DNA of 64,000 bases from an uncultured Thermoplasmata archaeon (lineage in GTDB: Archaea > Thermoplasmatota > Thermoplasmata > Lutacidiplasmatales > UBA184), in contig CAWJFK010000005.1 of assembly GCA_963842165.1 (NCBI GenBank), forward strand, positions 198,070 to 262,069, read 5' to 3'. A program made the position numbers and the translations under genes. The notes beneath the pieces are model-generated. The model was not told the DNA's origin and ran no database searches. It saw only the letters and a list, made by a program, of their open reading frames with translations. Position 1 is the stretch's first letter. Every line of letters begins with the position of its first letter. Of this stretch, positions 31,931 to 40,985 are shown one piece after another.

Positions 31931-32911
31931 TCAGGCTGTGGCCCCCGATTGCACGGTTATGACCAGTTTTCCTTGTGCGTGACCCGTTTCAAGATAGCGA
32001 ATCGCGTCAGGAACCTGGCCCAACGGGTAGCGCCTCTCAACGACAGGCACGAGCTTGCCGGATTCGAGAAGGGCATTCAAGAAGACTAGGTCCTGTTGTG
32101 TTACCTTCGCCACCATGCCACCTAACTTCTTGCCACCGCCTCCCGAGAGGAGCGGCCACGCGAGCTTTCCACCTAGCATTTGAGCAAGTGAGCCTCCACC
32201 GATCATCACACAGATTCCCCCGGGACTCAACGCCCGCTTGTACGTGGAAAGTGGATGATATCCGTTAACCACCAGAATCAAGTCATACCGCTGCGCGCTT
32301 TGAGTGAAGTTCTCTTTGGTGTAGTCAATAACCTTGTCCGCCCCGAGCGAGCGCGCCTGGTCGAGGTTCCTCGTGCTGCAAACGGCGGTCACTTCAGCTC
32401 CGAAGGATTTGGCAATCTGCACCGCGAACGTGCCGACCCCACCCGACGCACCAAGAATCAAGACCTTCTGCCCTGACTGAATGTGTCCCTCGTTGCGAAG
32501 ACCCTGTAGGGCGGTGATCGCTGCCACCGGCACCGCTGCTGCATCGTCGAACGTCAAGTTGGCCGGCTTCGATATCAATGCGTCCTCACGAACAGCATGG
32601 TATTCTGCAAACCCCCCCAATCTGCTCCCGAATACCTCATCACCAGGATGAAACCGCTTTACATTCCTGCCAACCGCTTCCACTTCCCCCGCAAAATCAG
32701 CACCGAGGATCGTCTTCTTTGGTCTCAAGAGCCCAAACCCCATGAAGCGAACCAAGAACGGCTTAGCTCGAAGAACATGCCAGTCAAGCGCGTTCAGGGA
32801 TGCCGATCGAACCCTTACTAGCACCTCATCGTCTTTGGGAGTAGGTCTCTCGATTTCTTTGAGCTGAAGAACGTCTGGGGGACCGTACTTTGAGTAAACA
32901 ACTGCTTTCAT
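31931..32911 (-). CDS. NAD(P)-dependent MDR-family oxidoreductase (quinone oxidoreductase/alcohol dehydrogenase-like)
   Basis: MKAVVYSKYGPPDVLQLKEIERPTP...GQKVLILGASGGVGTFAVQIAK...HAQGKLVITV. Confidence 0.9.
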   Translation of the reverse strand: MKAVVYSKYGPPDVLQLKEIERPTPKDDEVLVRVRSASLNALDWHVLRAKPFLVRFMGFGLLRPKKTILGADFAGEVEAVGRNVKRFHPGDEVFGSRLGGFAEYHAVREDALISKPANLTFDDAAAVPVAAITALQGLRNEGHIQSGQKVLILGASGGVGTFAVQIAKSFGAEVTAVCSTRNLDQARSLGADKVIDYTKENFTQSAQRYDLILVVNGYHPLSTYKRALSPGGICVMIGGGSLAQMLGGKLAWPLLSGGGGKKLGGMVAKVTQQDLVFLNALLESGKLVPVVERRYPLGQVPDAIRYLETGHAQGKLVITVQSGATA

Positions 32912-33150
32912 TCAGGTTTCACTCTCTGATTGATAGGAGCTTGGTTGATCTCGACTCGCAAGCGCTACACTTCCGAAGAGTCCTCCCTCCTTGAGGTTTG
33001 GCTCTGTCGAATTCTTACAATCTACACGCCTGGAAAATAGACCGTAGGTTTCTCCCCAAACGGCGGTTGCCATTGCCCCCCGCAAGCGTTCGGTCGAGGG
33101 GGCATCTCCGATGAGTTCGACCCACATGTCCGGCGCGCCGTCCCGAGGGA

Positions 33151-33699
33151 CTAGCCCCATGTGTCGCAGACCTGCCGGTAGATGCGCATGGGGGACAACT
33201 TCGCGTCAATGAACTCGAACCCGCACGCCTTGGCTTTAGCCGGCCATTCGCGGGTTGCCTTCCTGACCCACTTCCGTTGAGCCTGTTGGCTATCCCTACC
33301 CCAATCGTTGTCGCGGGTCGGGCCGTTCAGTCGCGCCCGGATTACCGACCAGGTCGCGCGCAAGAAGATCCGGCGGTCGAAGAGGTGGGTAAGATCGAGG
33401 TCGAACATGTTGTCCGAGGCACCGAAGAGCACGACGTTTGGGTTCCGAGCCAAGAACCGCTTCAGAACAGCCTCATTCCAAAAGAAGCGCCAATCCTCGA
33501 TTCGTCGCCACTGATTCTTGGTAATGTGGCGGAGAGGGCGCCCCTGTAGGTCTACGGGACCTCCAAGGCCGCGGATCTCGTCTCCGTCGACGGCATTCAC
33601 ACCGCGTTCGCGGAAGATGCGACTGAGGGTACTCTTTCCGGAGCCCGAGGGACCGGTGATCAGGATGCGGCCCTCAAGGCCAAAGTTAGACCTCGCCAC
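33151..33699 (-). CDS. P-loop NTPase / kinase-like protein
   Basis: Walker A ILITGPSGSGKSTL. 182 aa, with no other recognisable domain. Confidence 0.7.
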   Translation of the reverse strand: MARSNFGLEGRILITGPSGSGKSTLSRIFRERGVNAVDGDEIRGLGGPVDLQGRPLRHITKNQWRRIEDWRFFWNEAVLKRFLARNPNVVLFGASDNMFDLDLTHLFDRRIFLRATWSVIRARLNGPTRDNDWGRDSQQAQRKWVRKATREWPAKAKACGFEFIDAKLSPMRIYRQVCDTWG

Positions 33700-33866
33700 A
33701 CCGCTCCAACGAACTCATGGCGATAAGCCCTACACGGACCCCCTCGATGTCAAGAGGCCCGTTCTCTCGGGCACTACCAGAACTCACACTTCGTCGGAGG
33801 AAGGTGAGTAGCGGTAGCGATGGGTACGTCGACACTTTTAGAGGGGACGGCGGTTCGCGTCCGACC

Positions 33867-34289
33867 ATGCAGTTCAGGATGGCTTACGCCGGGATTCGCG
33901 TGAAGAACATCGAGGACTCGCTTCGTTTCTACACCGAGATCCTGGGAATGCAGGTGGTTGAGCCTCTCCAGCCGACCCCGCCGACCGAGGGCCAGGTTGT
34001 GACTCTCCGCAGCGCGGGGTCGACGCAGCTTCTGGAGCTCAACTGGTATGGGGCAGGGAGCAGGTTCGGGACTCCTTACTCGAACGGGGAGGACCTCGAT
34101 CTCCTGGCGTTTGAATGCGATGACCTGGCCAAGGCTATCGGAGAACTCGAGAGGCGAGGGGTCGAGGTCATGGTCCGCCCGAAGGAGATTGGGGAGGAGG
34201 CAGGCTGGAACGAGGCCTTCGTGAAGGACCCGAACGGAATCTGGATCGAATTACTTCAAGCGAGGCAGAAACCGCCGGCTTCCGGTTGA
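33867..34289 (+). CDS. VOC family protein (glyoxalase I-like)
   Basis: MAYAGIRVKNIEDSLRFYTEILGMQV...DLLAFECDDLAKAIGELERRGVEV...FVKDPNGIWIELLQ. Confidence 0.8.
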   Translation: MQFRMAYAGIRVKNIEDSLRFYTEILGMQVVEPLQPTPPTEGQVVTLRSAGSTQLLELNWYGAGSRFGTPYSNGEDLDLLAFECDDLAKAIGELERRGVEVMVRPKEIGEEAGWNEAFVKDPNGIWIELLQARQKPPASG

Positions 34290-34908
34290 GTCGGATCGGG
34301 TCTGGCGTCCAAGACGGACACTTCACCGGAAGTGGGCAGCCGAGTGGGCGCAAGTTCCAATGTAGTCGCTGATGCCCTCGCCTAGAACGAGTACGGTTCG
34401 CCAAAACTTTGGTCGCAGACGGCACTTCATTCCTGTGGAGCCGTTGCGGGCTGCCTAAGCCGCTGATCAATCTACGGAGGCCCTGTCATTGGCAATTCGG
34501 CCAGCGAGACTACACTTCCGAATTTTCCAAGCCCGTGAGGTGGAGCCTGAGCTGTAAGGTAAGCGTGACGAATCGCTACGGCCTGCGCCAGCTGTGGGGG
34601 ACCAATGACGACAACTGACAAGCCAATTGTCAGGCCTACTCGGGAGGAGCTCGAGCGACTCTTGGCAAGTTTTGAGGAACTAAGCAAGAAGATGAAGGAA
34701 TCCTAGGAACAGCTACAACAGCTCTTCAAGCGCCTCGAGAATGAGAAGTGGTAGCGGGCAAGGGCCACCATGTAGCATGGCTCGCCCTTTCTGGGAGACG
34801 ACCTGAGCTATCGGATGGGATACAGCCTCGCCGTTGACCGGAGGAACATGGAGATCCCCGAACGAGTAGCCTCGACTTGCCCCGAACACGGGACACCGAG
34901 GACTTCAC

Positions 34909-35607
34909 ATGACGGCGACTGAGGACTTGTTTACGCCGATCCACAAGGCGTTGCGGTCGATGATCTACAGTCTTGGCGGCCGCCTTCAGACCGTGGACTT
35001 TACAGACAAGGCCGCGTCGGGGGTCGTCCTCGCGGACCTGCAGCACGAGTTCGCGAACGCCGTCTCGGGCACGTGCGTTCTATGTCTCCTCCACAGTCAT
35101 GCAGGCTCCGAGGAGGCAGGTATCTTTCCTTCGATGGAATCGATCGATCCAAGCCTAATCCGCACACTCCTCGAGGACCATCAGGAAATCCGCCGACGAT
35201 TGGTCACCCTGACGACGATGGCCGAGGAGCTCCAAGCGACCGAAACGCCCCAGCGACGGTTAGAATGGGGTGCTCGCGTCAACCGAGAAGCAAACGAGTT
35301 CTTCGCCTTTTACCTCGCACACATGAACAAGGAGGAGGTTACGATCGTGCCAGCGATGAAGGACCACTTCACGGATGATCAGATGCGGGCGATGCAGGGC
35401 GCGATCATGGGAGCGATGCCGCCAGAGAGGCTAGCGAACTACCTCAGATGGATGCTACCGTCGCTCAATCTTGGCGAGCTCACCGGAACGATGGCCGGCG
35501 TGAAACACGGAGCCTCGCCCGAGTTCCTCAAATTCGTGATGGGAGTGGGGGCGGCGAACGTGGATTCTGCCCGATGGACCCTGGTGCGAGAGCGGGTCGG
35601 ATTCTAA
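34909..35607 (+). CDS. Hemerythrin-like domain protein
   Basis: IHKALRSMI...LCLLHSHAGSEE...LLEDHQEIRRRL...FFAFYLAHMNKEEVTIVPAM (H/E metal-ligand helices typical of hemerythrin HHE domains). Confidence 0.7.
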   Translation: MTATEDLFTPIHKALRSMIYSLGGRLQTVDFTDKAASGVVLADLQHEFANAVSGTCVLCLLHSHAGSEEAGIFPSMESIDPSLIRTLLEDHQEIRRRLVTLTTMAEELQATETPQRRLEWGARVNREANEFFAFYLAHMNKEEVTIVPAMKDHFTDDQMRAMQGAIMGAMPPERLANYLRWMLPSLNLGELTGTMAGVKHGASPEFLKFVMGVGAANVDSARWTLVRERVGF

Positions 35608-35750
35608 CGGCGCCTTCGCGAGTTTGGACTCGCGCGGGTTAGTCAGCTCACCCTTTGCGGAGGCGGGCCGCTGAGTGGGCGCAACTACCCTTGCAGCCAG
35701 TGAACTCGAACCTACCCATCCGATCAATCTCGCCGCGTCTGGTCAATCCT

Positions 35751-37688
35751 TCACTGCTGGATTCGGTATCGACGCAAGGCTTGCTCGAACCGTGGGTCGG
35801 CTCGCATTCTTTCGTATAGCGGGTGAATCCGGAGTCCGTATAGGTTGAACGTTCGACTCTCGAGCGCTCGGAACAACCACTCGTAGAACAAATCCGGTTC
35901 GTCTAGGGCCGCACACAGTGGAACGATCTCGCCTGCGAGGGCCTTTCCTTCCTCCCAAGCGCGGGTTAGCAATCCCAATGCACGGACGCCCTCCTCCCGA
36001 TTTCCCAATGCGGCGTGAAGCGAACCGGGAATCCAAATGCGGTCGATTTCAGAGGCGATACCACCCTTTGCGGTGAGTTCGTCAAACATTCGAGCAGTGG
36101 CCAACGCCTCTTCTCTCCGATTTCTGCGAAGGTAGAAGATCGCTTTGCTGAACAGAATCCAATCGGAGAGAGCGCCGCCGAGCTCGAGAGCACGATCCCA
36201 ACGCCGGAGGGCATCTTCGTCGCGGCCACGGAAGGTGCAGTACATTGCGGCCAATTGCACGATGGCCGGGGACGCTGGATCCGCCTCCTCGGCACGTGAG
36301 ATCTCCTCATCGGCTTCGTCGAAGCGGCCGGTCTTCGCGAGAAACATGTGATACCAATGGTGGGCCGTTGCGTAGCTAGGCGCTAGTTCGATGGCCCGGC
36401 GAATTTCACGCTCGCCTGAATCCCACTCGTACTGTTGATCGAACACAAACCCAAGCGACGCATGGGCTTCAGCGAGGTCCGGGTTCAGTTCGACCGCCCT
36501 CAAAGCCGCCGCCATGGCCTTCGGTCCCCCATCCACCCAGGGAATCTCGTTCCGATCGAGGAGGACCGAATAGCAATCCGCGATCCCTGAGTAGGCTTGG
36601 CTGAATGCTGGATCGATCGTCACAGCCTCCTTGAAGGACTCGAGCGCTGCTTCGACGGACGGGGATGCACGAGTGTTCCACTGGCTTCGCCCTTTAAGGT
36701 ATAGGGAATAGGCTTCCATGTCCCGAGTCGGAGGGCGATCCTTCCCGGGAATTCTCCCAAGTTTGACGCCGAGCGAACCGGCGACATTCTTCGCAATCTC
36801 AGTTTGAATCTCGAAGATATCTACCAACTTACGATCGAACTGCTCCGCCCATACGTGCTCCTGGCTGCCCGAATCGATCAGTTGAGCAGTAATCCGAATT
36901 CGGGAACCCGCCCTACGTACGCTGCCCTCGAGCACGGCGCCCACGTGCAGGTCTCGACCGATCTCCTCCACCGTCCTCGAACTCCCCTTGTAGCGCATCA
37001 CAGAGGTTCTCGCCACAACTCGAAGGCCAGAGACGCGGGACAGTTCTGTGATGATTTCCTCGGTCAGACCGTCTGCAAAGTACTCGTCATGAACGTCGGG
37101 GCTCATGTTGAGAAAAGGAAGGACGGCAAGCCGTGTGGGGTCAGAACCCTGCGATTCACCTCGGCGGACGGTCCAAGGCAACACCACCCGATAGAGTTCC
37201 GGCGGGGTCCGCAGACCTTTGAGCGGCCGGGGAGGGAGCCTCTCCAAGAGGTCGGCAATCTTGTTCCATACCTGTTCACGAACCGCACCGGACACGCAGA
37301 TCCCGCCTGGTTCTGCCATCGGCTCGATTCGCGCCGCAATGTTGACGGCGTCCCCCAGTATGTCAGAGCCGCGCTGTTCGACGTCGCCTAGATGAATGCC
37401 AATGCGAATCTGGATGGGGCCTAGACTTGCCTGCTCGTTCCTGGAGCGCATCCGACGCTGAATGTCGATTGCACACCGGGTTGCCTTCAGCGCGCTACTG
37501 AACTCGACAAGGAAGCCGTCTCCCGTGGCCTTGACCGCCCTACCCTCATGGGTGACCAGGACGGGGCGAATCAGCTCCTCAATCTCCTGCAGTGTCTCTA
37601 GTGTTCGTGCCTCATCGACCTGTGCGGAGGAGGTGTAACCCACCATGTCGGTGAACATGATGGCTGCAAGTCGGCGGGTCGAGGCCAC
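35751..37688 (-). CDS. Class III adenylate cyclase / TolB-N-like / TPR protein (paralog 2)
   Basis: GTG start. IMFTDMVGYT, KATGDGFLVEF, GIHLGDV, DILGDAVNIAARIE, then LAVLPFLNMSPDVHDEYFADGLTEEII and TPR-like repeats. Confidence 0.85.
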   Translation of the reverse strand: MASTRRLAAIMFTDMVGYTSSAQVDEARTLETLQEIEELIRPVLVTHEGRAVKATGDGFLVEFSSALKATRCAIDIQRRMRSRNEQASLGPIQIRIGIHLGDVEQRGSDILGDAVNIAARIEPMAEPGGICVSGAVREQVWNKIADLLERLPPRPLKGLRTPPELYRVVLPWTVRRGESQGSDPTRLAVLPFLNMSPDVHDEYFADGLTEEIITELSRVSGLRVVARTSVMRYKGSSRTVEEIGRDLHVGAVLEGSVRRAGSRIRITAQLIDSGSQEHVWAEQFDRKLVDIFEIQTEIAKNVAGSLGVKLGRIPGKDRPPTRDMEAYSLYLKGRSQWNTRASPSVEAALESFKEAVTIDPAFSQAYSGIADCYSVLLDRNEIPWVDGGPKAMAAALRAVELNPDLAEAHASLGFVFDQQYEWDSGEREIRRAIELAPSYATAHHWYHMFLAKTGRFDEADEEISRAEEADPASPAIVQLAAMYCTFRGRDEDALRRWDRALELGGALSDWILFSKAIFYLRRNRREEALATARMFDELTAKGGIASEIDRIWIPGSLHAALGNREEGVRALGLLTRAWEEGKALAGEIVPLCAALDEPDLFYEWLFRALESRTFNLYGLRIHPLYERMRADPRFEQALRRYRIQQ

Positions 37689-37915
37689 ACGTCGAAGACA
37701 GCAATGGTTACATTAAACCCCGGGGCGAGAGACGAGCTTGAGCCCGGTGGGTGCATTCGCGGTGCGCGAAGCCCTCTCCGAGATGATTTCGTTCGCGCAG
37801 ATGACGACCCAAGATTCCTAACGCGATTGGAGCGAATGATCTTCCTCTAGGTTCCGGCCGCTCGACCGCGCCAGTCATTCGAAAACCCTCCCCTTGCCGA
37901 AGGGGTCCAGGGGAG

Positions 37916-37940
37916 TAGGTGCAAGGTCCTGATGCACCCA
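37916..37940 (+). repeat. Intergenic TGCA-box motif copy
   Basis: TAGGTGCAAGGTCCTGATGCACCCA (spacer one nt longer than usual). Confidence 0.7.
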
Positions 37941-38097
37941 CGTAAGTGAATGGCGCGATGAACCTACCCCCAGAACCCGGTCAATCGACCTAGGAAGCCC
38001 CCTCGACGCCTCAATTTGGCAACTCAGAAGTTGGAAACCGAGCCCATCTTTCATTTCCTTACCTAAGCTTATGTAAGGGAACTATGCTATCGCGTTT

Positions 38098-38538
38098 GTG
38101 CAACCCTACGACCCCCAAAGACCTGCGACTCCGGAAACCTTTGCAGGTCGGCAAGACTTGGTTACCTTCGTCGGAAACGCGATCGAGGTGGGCAAGACAC
38201 TCCACCGGGGAAGTGCCGTCCTGTTGTGCGGGTACCGAGGTAGTGGCAAGACTTCCGCGCTCAGGAAGATTCAGTCGGTGGTCCGTGCGGCAACCCCGAG
38301 AGCAATCATCGTTGAGGTACCTCTGAGGGTCCCGAGTTCGGAGGCCATGTTGGTCCACGGTATCGCAGAGATGGTTCGAGGGCAGGTTGCCGCCCAGTCC
38401 GGACTGAATGCGCGAATGAAACAGGCGCTCGAACGCCTGAACTCGGTGACCGTGCTCGGCAGTGGGATTGGGATGACCCGGGCCCATCCCGTCTCCCCGT
38501 CGGCGTTGCTTGGTGTTTGGAAGGATGCTCTGACCTGA
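38098..38538 (+). pseudogene. AAA ATPase (PF01637/AAA_16-like) N-terminal fragment, truncated by IS insertion
   Basis: Walker A is LLCGYRGSGKTSAL. The reading frame runs into the IS left end and stops at 38536-38538. Confidence 0.75.
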
Positions 38539-40242
38539 TCTCCACGCCCGTTAGTTGCTAGCTCCCTTCCCGGACCCCTCCTTCTCCTCGAGGATCCGCA
38601 CTGTTCGACCGGCAGGTTCATTAGGAACATACGCACTACATAGTACGTATGGCGTTCCCTCGGGTCATCACCACGCGCGGCCGACACTATCTCCAGCAGG
38701 TCGAGTCGGTCTGGGACCCGAAGAAGAAGCGCTCCGTCACCCGGGTCCTCGCCCATCTCGGCCCCTGCGATGAGGGCGGCAAGCTCCTGCGCCCGCCTCG
38801 GGCCCGGGTGGAGAGCGTTCACTCCTCGTTTCCGGTCGGTCCTCTCGCCGTGCTGTATGCCGCGGCCCGTGAGCTCCGGGTGCGCGAGCATCTCCAGAGG
38901 GTTCTTCCGGGGGCTCTTACCGAGCTGATCCTGTGTCTCGCCCTGAACCAGGCCACGGCCCGCGTCCCGATCTGCCGCCTTCCCGAGTGGGTACGGGCGA
39001 GCCCGCTGCCTCGGTGGGAGAGCTTCCCGGCCGAGGAGCTAAGTCCTCGACACTTCGAGGAGGCACTCTCCTCGCTCTGTCACCTCACCCCGGAGAAGAC
39101 GTGGGAGGACCGGGGCCTCCTGCTTCAGCAGGAACTCACCGGGGCGTGGCGGGGCCGCTCTCGAGAGCCGGCGGCGCCTACTACGACATCACGAAACAGG
39201 CGTACTACGGGAAGCATTGTCCCTACGGCCAGTTGGGCCACGACGAGCGGGGCACGGCCCCGGTCGTGGGGTTCGGGATGGCCGTGTCCCGGGAGCATCA
39301 CCACCCGATCCTCTGTCGAGTCCTTCCCGGTGGACAGAACGATTCGCTGAGCGTGGCTCCCACGCTGGAGCTGCTCCAGTCCCAGGGTCTGCGGCATCTG
39401 ACGCTCGTGATGGACAAGGGGATGACGTCGAAGGCGAACGTGCTCCGAGCGCGCGAGGCGGGCTACCACGTCATCGGGTCGGTCAAGGGGTGGAGCGCCG
39501 AGTCGGTGGAGCATGCCTCTCGATGGCCCGGGGAGGAACTGGAGCGCTCGGAGTTCGTGGTCGGGACTTCCCATGGAGGGGCGGTGTATGCGCGGGCGTT
39601 CACGGCGCCGCTGCTGGGGCTACCGAAGGTGAGGATCGCGGTGGTGGAGAATCTCTCCCGCAAGGCGGAGGATCGCCAAGCGCGGGACCTTCTGCTTCAG
39701 GAGTTGGAGGGACCGGTGGCGAAAGCTCGGTTGGAGGAGATCCGCTCGGAACTGGGCGAGGTCATCGTCACCGCCCGAGGAAGGAGAGGGTTCCGAGTCG
39801 ACCCGAAGGCCGTGGAGCGGGAACGGGCGCTGGACGGCCGCTTCCTGCTGTTCAGTACGGTCCTCTCGCTCGACGGGCGAGCGATGTACCGGGAGGTACT
39901 TCGCGAAGGATGCGGTGGAGAAGGCGTTCCGCACGAGCAAGGGGGAACTGTCGCTGGGCCCGGTGAGGTATCGTCGGAAGGATCGGTTGGACGCCTACGC
40001 CACGGTGGTCTACGTGGCGTATTTGCTCTGGAGTTGGGCGGAGCGGAGGTTGCAGGAGAAATACCCCGAGCGGAGCCTGTCGGAGGCGATGCGCTCCCTC
40101 GAGAATCTGGCGTGGGTACGGTTTGGGACGGGAAATCCGTCCGGGAGTGGGCCACTCGCCTCACCACCGAGCAGGAGAAGGTTCTCGCCGCCGTCAGCGC
40201 CGTACAGTATGTAGCTACATACTAACAGGCCGCGAGCTCAGG
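38534..40242 (+). mobile_element. IS1634-family insertion sequence, copy 2 (1,709 bp), inserted in the AAA ATPase gene
   Basis: Imperfect terminal inverted repeats CCTGATCTC (left) and GAGCTCAGG (right). Flanked by direct TCTGA at 38529-38533 and 40243-40247. More than 99% identical by eye to copy 3. Confidence 0.9.
38649..40225 (+). pseudogene. IS1634-family DDE transposase (copy 2), multiply frameshifted
   Basis: Carries a private 1-nt deletion (GAGCCGGC-GGCGCC near 39170), the frameshift shared by all copies at 39878-39897, and a 1-nt loss near 40130 relative to copy 1. Confidence 0.85.
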
Positions 40243-40246
40243 TCTG

Positions 40247-40948
40247 ATGGTACTGGGTGGCCTCCCAATGCTATGCATCTGTGTAGACGACGCCGAACTC
40301 CTGAAGTCCGGTGAGATTGGGATCCTCAAGACCATGGTCGAGTCGGATTCGCCGGTCCCTCTCCTAATCTGTGTCGCCGGCGGACCCGAGCTCCTAGAGA
40401 AACTTTCACAAAGAGAGGCCTCACCAATTCTCAGGGCTTTTTCTGGGGCGAACTTCGATATCGGCCAATTCACTCTTGAGGAGACGAGAGAGGCACTTGA
40501 AGCTCCGCTGAGGGCGGCTAAGGGCACGTCTCGGTGGGAGCAGAAAGCGGTAGACACCATTCAGCGCCTGACGCACGGCTATCCATATCTGGTTCAGTGC
40601 TTCGCGGCGGCAACCTATCGAGAGGGTCAACGCCTCAAGGAAGATGATGTTGAGAAGGCCATTCCAGCTGCGCTGGGCTTGGCTTCAAGTTGGCTGGAGC
40701 GAGAGATCCCCGAAGCTTCTGACGAGGACATTCGCGCGTTTGCTAAGATTGCCGGTTTGGGCAAGAGCGAGCTCCGAAGTGTTGATGCCCTCCGTCTCGG
40801 AATCAATCACATCTATCTCTCACGGCTCGCGAAGCTAGGTGTCCTGAAGCGACTAGCCCGTGGTCACTATGAACTGCGCATGGCTCCTGCAATCGCATAC
40901 TTTCACGCGCTCCAGACGCGGCCTGGACGTCTCTTGACGTGGACTTGA
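40247..40948 (+). pseudogene. AAA ATPase C-terminal fragment (Walker B plus winged helix)
   Basis: Begins ...LPMLCICVDDAELL (Walker B hhhhDD-x-E) and ends with the wHTH-like LSRLAKLGVLKRLARGHYEL. It is in frame with 38098-38533 once the IS and one TCTGA are removed. Confidence 0.75.
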
Positions 40949-40985
40949 TGCATGGCCAGGTTGCCGCACGAGTTTCCGTCTCTGA

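Noticed and set aside
34704-34706. In-frame TAG as evidence for pyrrolysine or stop-codon reassignment.
   Set aside because: TAG terminates several confident genes in the window at positions matching the expected protein ends, and no Pyl machinery is visible here.
37441-37480. CGATTGCACACCGG inside the cyclase gene 35751-37688 resembles the TGCA-box right half.
   Set aside because: It lacks the left TGCAA box at the right spacing. It encodes the conserved TRCAIDIQ segment, which the other two paralogs encode with different nucleotides. I treat it as a coding coincidence.
38271-38891. Repeated antisense ORFs inside the IS copies (for example 38271-38891, 40903-41343, 216-611, 39125-39574, 41491-42027).
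   Set aside because: They are identical because the IS is repeated, have R/P/G-rich shadow-ORF composition, and lie opposite the transposase frame.
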